This document shows, in pieces, positions 43,937-53,025 of a stretch of 64,000 bases of DNA. Where the stretch lies: the NCBI GenBank assembly GCA_030706685.1, contig JAUZOA010000018.1, positions 1,329-65,328 of the forward strand. Reading direction: 5' to 3'. Positions within the stretch are counted from its first letter, which is position 1, and every line of letters begins with the position of its first letter. Source of the stretch: Bacteroidota bacterium. Its GTDB lineage: Bacteria; Bacteroidota; Bacteroidia; Chitinophagales; Chitinophagaceae. The translations under genes and the position numbers were made by a program. The notes under the pieces were generated by a model. The model did not search any database, was not told where the DNA came from, and worked only from the letters and a program-made list of their open reading frames with translations.

Positions 43937-46900
43937 TTAAAAACTAATGTTTATGCCAAAACTGAATGTCCGGGTAGTCGGGTAAAAAGAATCTTCCACA
44001 AAACCCTGCGAGCTGAGCGTTGATTCAGGGTCTATATTGGGAATCGTCTTATGCAGGTAACCCAGGTTCCGCGCCGCAAGATTGACCGATACTTTTTGCA
44101 GCTTCAGCATTCCGGATATCTTTTTGGGAAGCGTATAATCAATGGATATCTCCCTCAGTTTTATATAATCATTTTTGAATACCCTGTCCGGAGGCCAGCT
44201 GGTACTGACATCATTGATATAAGATGAGTAATAGGTAGTAGCAGAGATCATCTTATCGTTAGGATCATATTTGAAATTGCCGCCGCCAAGGTCAACTTTC
44301 TTTACACCGGGAAGAATGACTCCGTCATGATAAGTAATACCACCGGAAGTATAGGTTAACCCGCCATGCGCTTCATCCCGGTAAGGCAGGGTAGCTTTGA
44401 TGACACCATTGCCCATCAGGTATTGATTGGAATAGGAGAAGATGGTGCCGCCGAATTTATAATCAAGGCCAATATGAAAATTAAACCCTTTAAAATAGAA
44501 GTCGCTGTATAATCCGCCGAATGCTTTAGGATTTACATTACCCACTTTTATATATTTTGTATTATCCAGTGAGTACAAGCCGGTACCCTGGTCAACCACT
44601 TTGTTTCCGTTGGGATCGCGAAGGAAATCGTACATATAAATATCACCCAGGGGCTGCCCTACTTTACCCACAACCCTTACAGCATTATTGATCCCGTCAA
44701 TAAGTTGTTCATTGATGCCCTCATATAGCTTCATCACTTTTGACAACTGGCGGGCCGCCGTAAATGTCAGGTTCCAGCGATATTTCGTAGTAACGAAAGG
44801 TGAAGCCTTTACAAATAATTCATATCCCCAGTTTTTTACATTCCCGCTGTTGATATTGGCCGTAGCATAGCCGGTAGCAGGATTAATATTAAGCGGGATG
44901 ATCTGGTTATAAATATTATTAGTATAAAAAGTAAGTTCCAGTTCAAGCCTGTCCTGTCTTAACCACCGGGTATCAAGCCCTATTTCAAATTCCCGTTTCC
45001 TGAATGGTTTGATATCTCCGAGAAACAGGGCAGTGGGCGGCACTACCCCGATGATCGTAGCCCCTTCATAGATAGATTGAACGCTGGAACTATTATCAGC
45101 AAAATACCTGTTTTGCAAAGCTACATTAGGGCCACCCCCCACATCTGCCCATGAGGCGTTTATCTTTCCATAATTCAACTTAGGTATTTTAATATCATTG
45201 GTAAAATGATAAATAACAGAAACGCCGGGATAATAATAAGAGTTGTGGCTCGGCGGCAGCGTCGAATTCCAGTCTTTTCTTGAATCAATCTGCAGGTAAA
45301 TTTTATTTTTCCAGGAAGCGGTTACAGAGCCCAGTATACCATAGATAAGGTCAGATCCTCTTGCTACGCCGCGCACTTTACTCAGGGCGCCCGATGTCAG
45401 CAGATCATTACCGATGGAAAACCAGTCCGGGAAGCGCAAGCCGTCTTCGCCGGTGCCTGCAAAAACATCCGTCTCATTTACCTGCTGGTAAGCCCATCCC
45501 CCATAAGCAAAAATGTGAAGGTTATCATGCATAAACCCCTGTTCATAATTCAATAAGGCCTGGTAGCTCTGCACCATTGTATTTTGTTTTCTCCATTGGA
45601 ACTTGCCTCCTGAAACCTGGGGAAGTAATTGCACGATCTGGTTCTCTGTTGTATAATCGGTATTCGTATAGTCAATAGCCGCCTGGCCTAAAAGAGATAT
45701 TTGTTTCGTAAAATTCAATGTCGTTTTTAGCGAAGTAATCGTGTGGAATTTTTTATCCAGGTCAGTATTCTGATTTTGTTCCCAAAGTAAACCTGTAAAC
45801 CGCGTAGCGGAAGGAGGTAAAGCATAATTATCAAGGATTCTTCTATAACCATTCTCATCCAAATAAAAATTTCTCAGGAAATTGTAGTCATAGTCCCTGT
45901 TTAAACCAAATGCAACAACCTGTTCAAGATTGGGCCTCCTGTTGCGGGTTGTTATACTGTATATATTACTGGTAAATTCAAATTTGGCAAAAGGCGAAAC
46001 ATTAAAATTACCATTGAAACTGAAAGTATTGTTCTTTTGAGTAGACCTGTCAATGATATCCTGGTAATCAACATGTGAAAAAGAGGCACGGGCGCTGCCA
46101 AATGCACCGCCACCTGAAATAGCGACATTCGTACGGTTCGAGCTTCCTGTTTTGAAAAAATCAATAAAATTATTCGGGTAAGCCTGGTAAGGAACCATCA
46201 TACTGTCGTATCGCATCACCTGGCTACCATCGAATTTAGGACCAAAACTGTAACGGGTAGCTCTCAAAGTTCTTACCCGCTGACCGTTTGGCAAAATAGT
46301 CGTTGCCGTATCCCATGCACTGGTACCCGATCCATACTCGTTTTGAAAATCTATAAAAGAAAAAGGTTTTTCAACAGTTACCTGGTGAGATACATTAATA
46401 CCGAGACCTTTTGTTTTTTTACCGCTCTTGGTTGTAATCAATACTACGCCATTTAATGCCTGGCTTCCATATAACACCGTGGCTTTTGCGCCTTTCAATA
46501 TTTCCATGGATTCTATATCCTCCGGATTAATATCATTAATGCCCGATCCATAGTCCAGTGAATTCAGGGGATCATAAGTGGTATTGGCCTGGCTGGTTGC
46601 CTGGTCATAAATCGGCACTCCGTCTACTACAAACAAGGGCCTTGATTTGGCAAATGATTCCAGGCCGGCAGCTCCCCTGATCCGGATATTTATACCTCCT
46701 GTCGGACCTGCTGAACCGATATTGATACCTACGCCTGCGGCTTTTCCATATAAAGCCAGAGCAGGATTTAGCGTGGTTCCTGCTTGTTGCAGTTCAGTAC
46801 CCTTTACAGTAGAAGTAGCATAGCCAATGGATCTCCTGTCTCTTTTTATACCAAGGGCAGTAACGACAACTTCATCCATCGTTCCTTCTTTAACATCCAT

Positions 46901-47185
46901 TGAAACAGTAATAGTAGCGGTCCCGGCGGCTACGGTGACTTCCTGGGATTCATACCCTACATGTGAAAATGTAAGCGTTGCTTTACCCGGTGGAACCGAA
47001 AGGGTAAACCGTCCGTCAGTTCCCGTTTGTGTAGAATTTCCTTTACCGGGCCCGCTAACGGTCACACCAACTATAGGCGTATTGTTTTGGGCATCAGTAA
47101 CGGTGCCACTAATCTGCCTGGTCTGCGCCAGAAGCTGGAGACTTGTACAAAGTGACACCAAAATAAGCAGCAGATGCGTTCTCAT
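43937..47185 (-). CDS. SusC/RagA family TonB-linked outer-membrane protein
   Basis: I prefer the ATG at complement 47183-47185 (MRTHLLLILVSLCTSLQLLAQ). CarboxypepD_reg domain (ISGTVTDAQNNTPIVGVTV), plug (RPLFVVDGVPIYD ... NPEDIESMEILKGAKATVLYGSQALNGVVLITTKSGKK), and barrel ending FGINISF. Confidence 0.92.
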   Translation of the reverse strand: MRTHLLLILVSLCTSLQLLAQTRQISGTVTDAQNNTPIVGVTVSGPGKGNSTQTGTDGRFTLSVPPGKATLTFSHVGYESQEVTVAAGTATITVSMDVKEGTMDEVVVTALGIKRDRRSIGYATSTVKGTELQQAGTTLNPALALYGKAAGVGINIGSAGPTGGINIRIRGAAGLESFAKSRPLFVVDGVPIYDQATSQANTTYDPLNSLDYGSGINDINPEDIESMEILKGAKATVLYGSQALNGVVLITTKSGKKTKGLGINVSHQVTVEKPFSFIDFQNEYGSGTSAWDTATTILPNGQRVRTLRATRYSFGPKFDGSQVMRYDSMMVPYQAYPNNFIDFFKTGSSNRTNVAISGGGAFGSARASFSHVDYQDIIDRSTQKNNTFSFNGNFNVSPFAKFEFTSNIYSITTRNRRPNLEQVVAFGLNRDYDYNFLRNFYLDENGYRRILDNYALPPSATRFTGLLWEQNQNTDLDKKFHTITSLKTTLNFTKQISLLGQAAIDYTNTDYTTENQIVQLLPQVSGGKFQWRKQNTMVQSYQALLNYEQGFMHDNLHIFAYGGWAYQQVNETDVFAGTGEDGLRFPDWFSIGNDLLTSGALSKVRGVARGSDLIYGILGSVTASWKNKIYLQIDSRKDWNSTLPPSHNSYYYPGVSVIYHFTNDIKIPKLNYGKINASWADVGGGPNVALQNRYFADNSSSVQSIYEGATIIGVVPPTALFLGDIKPFRKREFEIGLDTRWLRQDRLELELTFYTNNIYNQIIPLNINPATGYATANINSGNVKNWGYELFVKASPFVTTKYRWNLTFTAARQLSKVMKLYEGINEQLIDGINNAVRVVGKVGQPLGDIYMYDFLRDPNGNKVVDQGTGLYSLDNTKYIKVGNVNPKAFGGLYSDFYFKGFNFHIGLDYKFGGTIFSYSNQYLMGNGVIKATLPYRDEAHGGLTYTSGGITYHDGVILPGVKKVDLGGGNFKYDPNDKMISATTYYSSYINDVSTSWPPDRVFKNDYIKLREISIDYTLPKKISGMLKLQKVSVNLAARNLGYLHKTIPNIDPESTLSSQGFVEDSFYPTTRTFSFGINISF

Positions 47186-47444
47186 TTCGTTGAGTTTTAG
47201 GTTTAAGAATTTTGTTTGAGATAGCAATACCTGGTACAACCACATGCCGGCATGGTGCCCGGCATGGACAGTTGCATTAATCTTTCTGATGTGAACGGTG
47301 GCTTGAAACCTGATGTTAGATACACGCATGGCCCGGCCTGTACAGCCGCAACTCATGCTTACTTTAGCCTGCCTGTTACTTTGCCTGTCTACGCAGTAGT
47401 TTTAATATATACGGGACGTATATTGTAGCCTCCCTTAACCATTA

Positions 47445-48674
47445 TTAATTGTTTAATAAATGGCCCGGCCCGGGTTCTACTGCAAAATTTTTCTTTATTA
47501 TTTCTTTTTCGTAATTCTCCATAACCAATGCCGCGGCGCCAATCAATTCTGCCTCGTAACCAAGTGTCGACATTTCAATAGCGGTATTCACCGCCAGCCG
47601 CGGAATGCAATGTTCATTCAATGCCTGTTGAATAGGTGCCTGCCAGATCTTACCGGCAGTGGATCCTCTCCCGCTCAATATGATTACTTCGGGATTGAGG
47701 ATATGTATAAGAATAGCTACGCCCCTCCCGATATTATAACCAGCTTCCGAAAATAATTCTACTGCAAAACGATCACCTTCATGTACAGCGGTAATAATCG
47801 CTTCACTGGCTTCTTCATAATGTTCCAACTGGGCAGCTTTCAGTACAGATAATTTGCCGGTCTTTAATCCTTGCTTGGCCTTTTCAATGATGACAAGTAA
47901 CGAGGTTTCTGTTTCCAGGCATCCGCTTTTCCCGCAACTGCATAGCTTACCGTTGGCAAAAAGAGGTATATGACTAAACTCACCGGCGAAACCATCGTGG
48001 CCCCTGAAAAGTTCTCCGTTCAGCACCAAACCAAGACCAATACCCCAGCCGATATTGATTACCATGGCATTCTTTTTTCTCATGGCAGCACCAAAACGCA
48101 GTTCTGCCAATCCTATCAGGCTGGAATCATTATCTATAAAGGCAGGCAGCCCCGTTTTATCAGCTATATATTCGGTAATACTTGTTCCGGGCGCTTTTAA
48201 GAATGAATAATTGATACCCTTTTTAAAATCTACGAACCCGGGCATACCTATCCCTATACCGGCTATTTTATCTTTTGGAAGACCGGATTTACTTATAACC
48301 TTATCAATTTTTTCAGTCAGGACAGCTAATGCCTGCGGGTTTTTGGGGAGAGGAAGCTCTAATTTTTCAATGGGGGAGACGAAATTGTTTTGCAGATCCA
48401 TAATAGCAATCCTTGCTACAAATTGATCCAGCGCCACAGAAACAATATAAAGCACATCTGGTCTTAATGAGAACATGATAGGTCTTCGTCCTCCCGTAGA
48501 AGGAGCATACCCTGTCTCAACAACATAGCCCTCCTGGATAAGTTCGTTCACCAATTTCGTTGTAAGGGGGAGGCTTTTTTTGATTTTCCAGCTTAGTTCG
48601 GAGCAGGATAAAGTACCGGAGAAATAAATCTGCCGTATGATTTTTCTCTTAAAAAGCAGTTTTTTGGCCGACAT
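47445..48674 (-). CDS. ROK family transcriptional regulator (wHTH + ROK sugar-kinase-like domain)
   Basis: I prefer the ATG at complement 48672-48674 (MSAKKLLFKRKIIRQIY). wHTH-like N-terminus, GIGIGMPGFVD, and zinc motif CSCGKSGCLETE. Confidence 0.85.
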   Translation of the reverse strand: MSAKKLLFKRKIIRQIYFSGTLSCSELSWKIKKSLPLTTKLVNELIQEGYVVETGYAPSTGGRRPIMFSLRPDVLYIVSVALDQFVARIAIMDLQNNFVSPIEKLELPLPKNPQALAVLTEKIDKVISKSGLPKDKIAGIGIGMPGFVDFKKGINYSFLKAPGTSITEYIADKTGLPAFIDNDSSLIGLAELRFGAAMRKKNAMVINIGWGIGLGLVLNGELFRGHDGFAGEFSHIPLFANGKLCSCGKSGCLETETSLLVIIEKAKQGLKTGKLSVLKAAQLEHYEEASEAIITAVHEGDRFAVELFSEAGYNIGRGVAILIHILNPEVIILSGRGSTAGKIWQAPIQQALNEHCIPRLAVNTAIEMSTLGYEAELIGAAALVMENYEKEIIKKNFAVEPGPGHLLNN

Positions 48675-48887
48675 ACTATGGATTTCCCAGATATTAAAAT
48701 AAATCGCTATGAAGATAGAAGACTTTTTAAAAAAAAACAAAAAGTTTTTTATTTTTTATAATTAGTCTGGTTACATACACCCTAACCTCCATGCTTTTTC
48801 CAGGAAATGGCGCCGCCTGATTTTTATTGGCTGGTAGTGGTCAAGTTTGAGGACAATGGGCGATGTTTGGAAAAGACGGGGTTTAAT

Positions 48888-48961
48888 CTCCCGCAAGGGC
48901 GCCGGGTCGCGATGAATTTACAATGCGGGACAGTCATCGCGTCCCGGCGTTGTTGCGAGAG
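48888..48961. other. long GC-rich imperfect hairpin (~28 paired positions, 18-nt loop) in a 450-bp divergent intergenic region
   Basis: CTCCCGCAAGGGCGCCGGGTCGCGATGA (48888-48915) pairs with TCATCGCGTCCCGGCGTTGTTGCGAGAG (48934-48961). I count 3 mismatches and 2 G.T pairs. Confidence 0.7.
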
Positions 48962-49191
48962 GTTTATTAATAAGCCAACCTGGTGTGTCCAGTCCCGAAA
49001 AAGATAAGATCATCGGAATAGCCTTGTTTGTTGACGAAAAAGAAACCGATAGTATATATAATGAAACACCTTATTATCTTCAGCCTGAAAAAAAGCGTCA
49101 AATCCTTATCACGTATTGTTCATTCGGGCGACCGTGACCTGGAGGAACAATTGAAAACCAGTCCCGGTACGTCAAAAAGAAAAGCATCCTG

Positions 49192-49758
49192 ATGGCATTA
49201 ACAACCTACAACAAAAAAAGAAATTTCAAGGCTACTCCTGAGCCGGAAGGAAAAGAAGGAAAAAAAAGTTTATTCCGCTTTGTAGTTCAACGGCACGATG
49301 CTTCCCACCTGCATTATGATTTCCGTCTTGAATTAGGCGGTGTCTTGAAAAGCTGGGCGGTTCCCAAAGGACCTTCTATGAATCCGGAAGATAAGCGCCT
49401 GGCAGTAATGGTCGAGGATCATCCCGTCAGTTATATCGGCTTTGAAGGTAAAATCCCTGAAGGCAATTATGGGGCAGGCAGGGTGGAGATATGGGATAAA
49501 GGAGTCTTTATACCGGTAAATAAGGAATTGGAAGAAATGACTGAACAGGAAGCTTTGCAGGCATTAAATAAAGGGGAATTGAAAATATTCCTGGAAGGGG
49601 GCAAACTGGAAGGAGAATTTATTCTCATACGATTTAAGAACGATGAAAAAAACTGGCTCCTGATCAAACATAAGGATGAATATGCGGTCTCTGAAAAATA
49701 CGATAGTGAAAAACTATCCAAAGCCATATCAAAGAAAACAGTAAAAAAGAAGAAATAG
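49192..49758 (+). CDS. LigD 3'-phosphoesterase (PE) domain protein, stand-alone
   Basis: 188 aa. KKRNFKATPEP and FVVQRHDASHLHYDFRLELGGVLKSWAVPKGPS are the LigD PE hallmark. Confidence 0.88.
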   Translation: MALTTYNKKRNFKATPEPEGKEGKKSLFRFVVQRHDASHLHYDFRLELGGVLKSWAVPKGPSMNPEDKRLAVMVEDHPVSYIGFEGKIPEGNYGAGRVEIWDKGVFIPVNKELEEMTEQEALQALNKGELKIFLEGGKLEGEFILIRFKNDEKNWLLIKHKDEYAVSEKYDSEKLSKAISKKTVKKKK

Positions 49759-49929
49759 ATGGGTAAAAGGTAAAACACTATATAAAGCTAATACTGGCTA
49801 TCGTCGCAGATAAACTATTTAGCGGCAAGGATGGGTTATTTGAATTGAAATTGAATAGCTACAGTCAATAGCAGAGATGAAGAGAGACCCCCGGTAAAAA
49901 ATCCTTATCCTGTAATCAAAGAAATAACC
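49759..49929 (+). pseudogene. decayed remnant of the LigD ATP-dependent ligase domain (motif I region only)
   Basis: One frame reads LFSGKDGLFELKLNSYSQ*. After a 1-nt shift it reads SIAEMKRDP. Compare the ligase consensus FDDPDWLFEIKWDGYRAIAE (from memory). The motif I Lys is kept, DG is changed to NS, and stops occur in all frames. Confidence 0.45.
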
Positions 49930-50823
49930 ATGGCAAAAACAAAACCGGTTTTTACTAACCTTAAGAAATTATACTGGCCCGATGATGGAATTACAAAAGG
50001 CGATCTCATCAGCTACTATGAAACAATAGCTCCTTTTATTCTTCCCTATTTAAGGAACAGGCCGCTTTCCCTCAAAAGAAACCCAAACGGGATAAGGGAT
50101 GAAGGGTTTTACCATAAAGACGCGGGCGATATTGCGCCGGGCTGGATTAAAACAGTGAATATTTATTCTGAGTCCACCGGCAAAATAATTCATTATCTCG
50201 TTTGCAATAATGCAAAAAGCCTGCTCTTCATTGCTAATCTCGGTTGTATAGAAATGAACCCATGGAACTCAGTAACAACTAAATTAAATCATCCTGGTTA
50301 TCTCGTCCTCGATATTGATCCTTCTGAGAAAAATACTTTTGACCAAGTAATAGAAGTAGCATTGACGATAAAAGAAATACTGGATAAATTCAATCTACCA
50401 GGTTACTGCAAGACGTCAGGAGCCAGTGGCATGCATGTCTATATACCCTGTGGCAGGAAATATGACTATGATACGGTGAGAGAATTTGCCAAAATACTGG
50501 CTACTAAAGTGCATGAACAACTACCTTCCTTTACCACGATGGAAAGATCGCTGGTTAAAAGAAAGGAGAACCACATATATATTGATTACCTGCAAAACAG
50601 CCGGGGTCAAACAGTGGCTTCCGCTTACAGCGCGAGGCCCAAACCAGGCGCCCCCGTTTCTACTCCTTTAGACTGGAAAGAAGTCAGGAAGGGATTGCAT
50701 CCTTTGCAGTTTACTATAAAAAACATAAAAAAGAGAATTGATAAGAAAGGCGATCTCTTCAAAGCTGTGTTAGGAAAGGGAATTGATATTCCTTCCGTGC
50801 TTAAAAAATGGGAAACTCCGTAA
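49930..50823 (+). CDS. LigD polymerase/primase (Pol) domain protein, stand-alone
   Basis: 297 aa. LYWPDDGITKGDLISYY, RNPNGI ... FYHKD, and KTSGASGMHVYIP are typical of the LigD Pol domain. Confidence 0.88.
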   Translation: MAKTKPVFTNLKKLYWPDDGITKGDLISYYETIAPFILPYLRNRPLSLKRNPNGIRDEGFYHKDAGDIAPGWIKTVNIYSESTGKIIHYLVCNNAKSLLFIANLGCIEMNPWNSVTTKLNHPGYLVLDIDPSEKNTFDQVIEVALTIKEILDKFNLPGYCKTSGASGMHVYIPCGRKYDYDTVREFAKILATKVHEQLPSFTTMERSLVKRKENHIYIDYLQNSRGQTVASAYSARPKPGAPVSTPLDWKEVRKGLHPLQFTIKNIKKRIDKKGDLFKAVLGKGIDIPSVLKKWETP

Positions 50824-51136
50824 AATCTGAATTGATTAATAGATTATAAAAGCCGGGTACAAAATCTCCCGTTTTTAAAGGTTTCCCATTACAAGTCATA
50901 GAATTAAGTCTACACAATGGCAAGAGGAATATGACAAACAATAGAAACAATATTCTATTTTATCCGCCGGCTGGTATTTGTTTCTTTGCTCCCTGATGAA
51001 AATGAAGAAAAATCCACTACTGGAAAAGTTTCTTACCCTTAAAAAAAACGGGTGCAAAACCCGGTTTTTGCATCCTGTTGAAAACCGGTCATTGCAGCCT
51101 TTATTAAATTATACCCTGTCGAAATAAACCTGATCC

Positions 51137-51601
51137 GTGCCTGTTGAAAACTATATAGATGATTTTTACGCCTTTTTAGAAGCTCGGCTCGAAAGCGACT
51201 ATACGGAAAAAACTTTTACCTGTATAGCGCTTCACAAATGCGTGAATCAGGTAATTGCTGGTTGGCAATCCGGGAAAGCAGGAGAAGGATATCGCATCAT
51301 CAATGCTGTGCATCCGGAAATGCTTGTAAGCACCGATAAAGACACTCTTACCGAAATAGTAGCTTGCCTGCTCCATACAATCATAATGAATGGTCTGCAC
51401 CCTATCATTCACTTTTCAGCTAAGTTGATTGGAAATATTACATTGATACACATAAGGACCAGCAATACAGGGTACAACGCGACCCTTGCCGATAACCTGC
51501 ATAAGGTGGAGCCGTTAGCAGAAAAATTGGGAGGCTGCATTACGCTAAGCAACAATAAAAGGTACGGCCTCACTTTAACGTTTACATTCATCAATCAGTA
51601 G
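51137..51601 (+). CDS. hypothetical protein (154 aa, GTG start)
   Basis: ORF only. There is a faint resemblance to a degenerate histidine-kinase ATPase fold (LGGCITLSNNKRYGLTLTFTF) that I cannot substantiate. Confidence 0.35.
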   Translation: MPVENYIDDFYAFLEARLESDYTEKTFTCIALHKCVNQVIAGWQSGKAGEGYRIINAVHPEMLVSTDKDTLTEIVACLLHTIIMNGLHPIIHFSAKLIGNITLIHIRTSNTGYNATLADNLHKVEPLAEKLGGCITLSNNKRYGLTLTFTFINQ

Positions 51602-51825
51602 ACCGCCCGCCAATAGCTACCCTATCTCTTCTTTTTCAAGTTCGCTATGTAATTTTAATCTCACTCAGAATTAGTATCATCTGATTGATTGGCAGAATTA
51701 AAATAAATTCTGCGAAAACTAACCTATTGACTAACACAGGAGCCGGGCCTGCGGAATGTTGCCTTGCTGTTGTATATTTATGTATTGGTGACAAGGACTA
51801 AGCAAATTCAAATCGCTACTGCAAC

Positions 51826-52314
51826 ATGAGTTTAACAGAACAAATAGCAAAGCACTTCCGACAAGTATATTTCGGCGGTAACTGGAGTTCAGTAAACCTT
51901 AAAGAAACTCTGGCCGATGTAGGTTGGCAACAAGCCACAACCAAAGTTTATTCTTTCAATACCATCGCAACACTTGTTTACCATACTAATTATTATGTAA
52001 ATGAAGTCTTGAAAGTGCTAAAAGGAGAACCACTCAATGCGCATGACAAATTTAGTTTTGATCATCCCCCAATCGAATCCCGGGAAGATTGGAATAATCT
52101 GTTGGATAAAACCTGGGATGATGCTGAAAACTTTGCTGCCCTGATTGAACAGTTACCGGAAAGCAAGCTTTGGGTTAGTTTTGCGGATGAAAAATATGGT
52201 AATTACTATAGAAATATTCATGGGATAATTGAACATACTCATTATCATCTGGGACAAATAGTCTTAATAAAGAAGTTAGCGTCTCAAATGCTCCTAAAGA
52301 GCAGCGTTGAATAA
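51826..52314 (+). CDS. DinB-family (DinB_2-like) metal-dependent protein
   Basis: 162 aa. Four-helix-bundle-like with His motifs (LVYHTNYY ... IIEHTHYHLGQI). Confidence 0.75.
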   Translation: MSLTEQIAKHFRQVYFGGNWSSVNLKETLADVGWQQATTKVYSFNTIATLVYHTNYYVNEVLKVLKGEPLNAHDKFSFDHPPIESREDWNNLLDKTWDDAENFAALIEQLPESKLWVSFADEKYGNYYRNIHGIIEHTHYHLGQIVLIKKLASQMLLKSSVE

Positions 52315-52398
52315 TATACCTGCCGCCGGCATGCGGTCATACCATGACAAGAACATTAATATCAGCCAGCACAATAGTCAACCGACAAAATAAAGTAC

Positions 52399-52845
52399 AT
52401 GAAAACATTTTTTAAAGAACTTTTCCAATACAATAATCACTTTAATCAAAAGATAATTTCTGTTTTGACTGAAAATCAAAATAGAACATCTGAGAAGTGC
52501 ATAAAGCTTCTAAGTCATATTCTTAATGTTCATCAAATTTGGAACTGCAAAATCCAACCTCAGCAGCTCCCTTATGAAACCTGGAAAATTCATCCGATTC
52601 AAGACTTCCATGAGATGGATAGAAAGAATTTTGAACATTCAATTCTCGTGCTTGATAAATTTGAATTAAGCCAAATTATTCAGTATTCAAATAGCAAAGG
52701 ACAGATTTTTAATAATAGTGTCCGTGATATTCTATTTCAAGTTATCAATCATTCCACTTATCACAGGGGGCAAATAGCTACTGAACTCAGGCAAAGCGGG
52801 CTTGAACCTCTTTTGACCGACTATATTTACTACAAAATGACATGA
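52399..52845 (+). CDS. DinB-family damage-inducible protein
   Basis: 148 aa. LSHILNVHQIW ... INHSTYHRGQI. Confidence 0.75.
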   Translation: MKTFFKELFQYNNHFNQKIISVLTENQNRTSEKCIKLLSHILNVHQIWNCKIQPQQLPYETWKIHPIQDFHEMDRKNFEHSILVLDKFELSQIIQYSNSKGQIFNNSVRDILFQVINHSTYHRGQIATELRQSGLEPLLTDYIYYKMT

Positions 52846-52892
52846 CTCCTGCAAAAGACAAACCACAAAAAACACGATCCCGTGTGATTCGC

Positions 52893-53025
52893 AGTCTTCT
52901 GTCCCCCTGTCAGCCAGCCTCTCCCATCTTTCCGGCGTTCTCCGTATGTCTTTGCCTACCGGGCAACTTTAATGACAGATGCAAATAAAGGATATAAAGA
53001 CTGTAGCAAATTATAGTACTAAAGG
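52893..53025 (+). repeat. copy 1 (3'-truncated) of a three-copy intergenic repeat
   Basis: It aligns by eye to 57243-57410 and 60334-60472 (core CTACCGGGCAACTTTAATGACAGATGCAAATAAAGGATATAAAGACTGTAGCAAATTATAGTACTAAAGG). Similarity stops at the stop codon of the permease gene (53026-53028). Confidence 0.8.

Noticed and set aside
48807-49007. 66-aa ORF covering the GC-rich hairpin
   Set aside because: The reading frame runs through both arms of an inverted repeat, which explains the open frame. There is no signal or motif.
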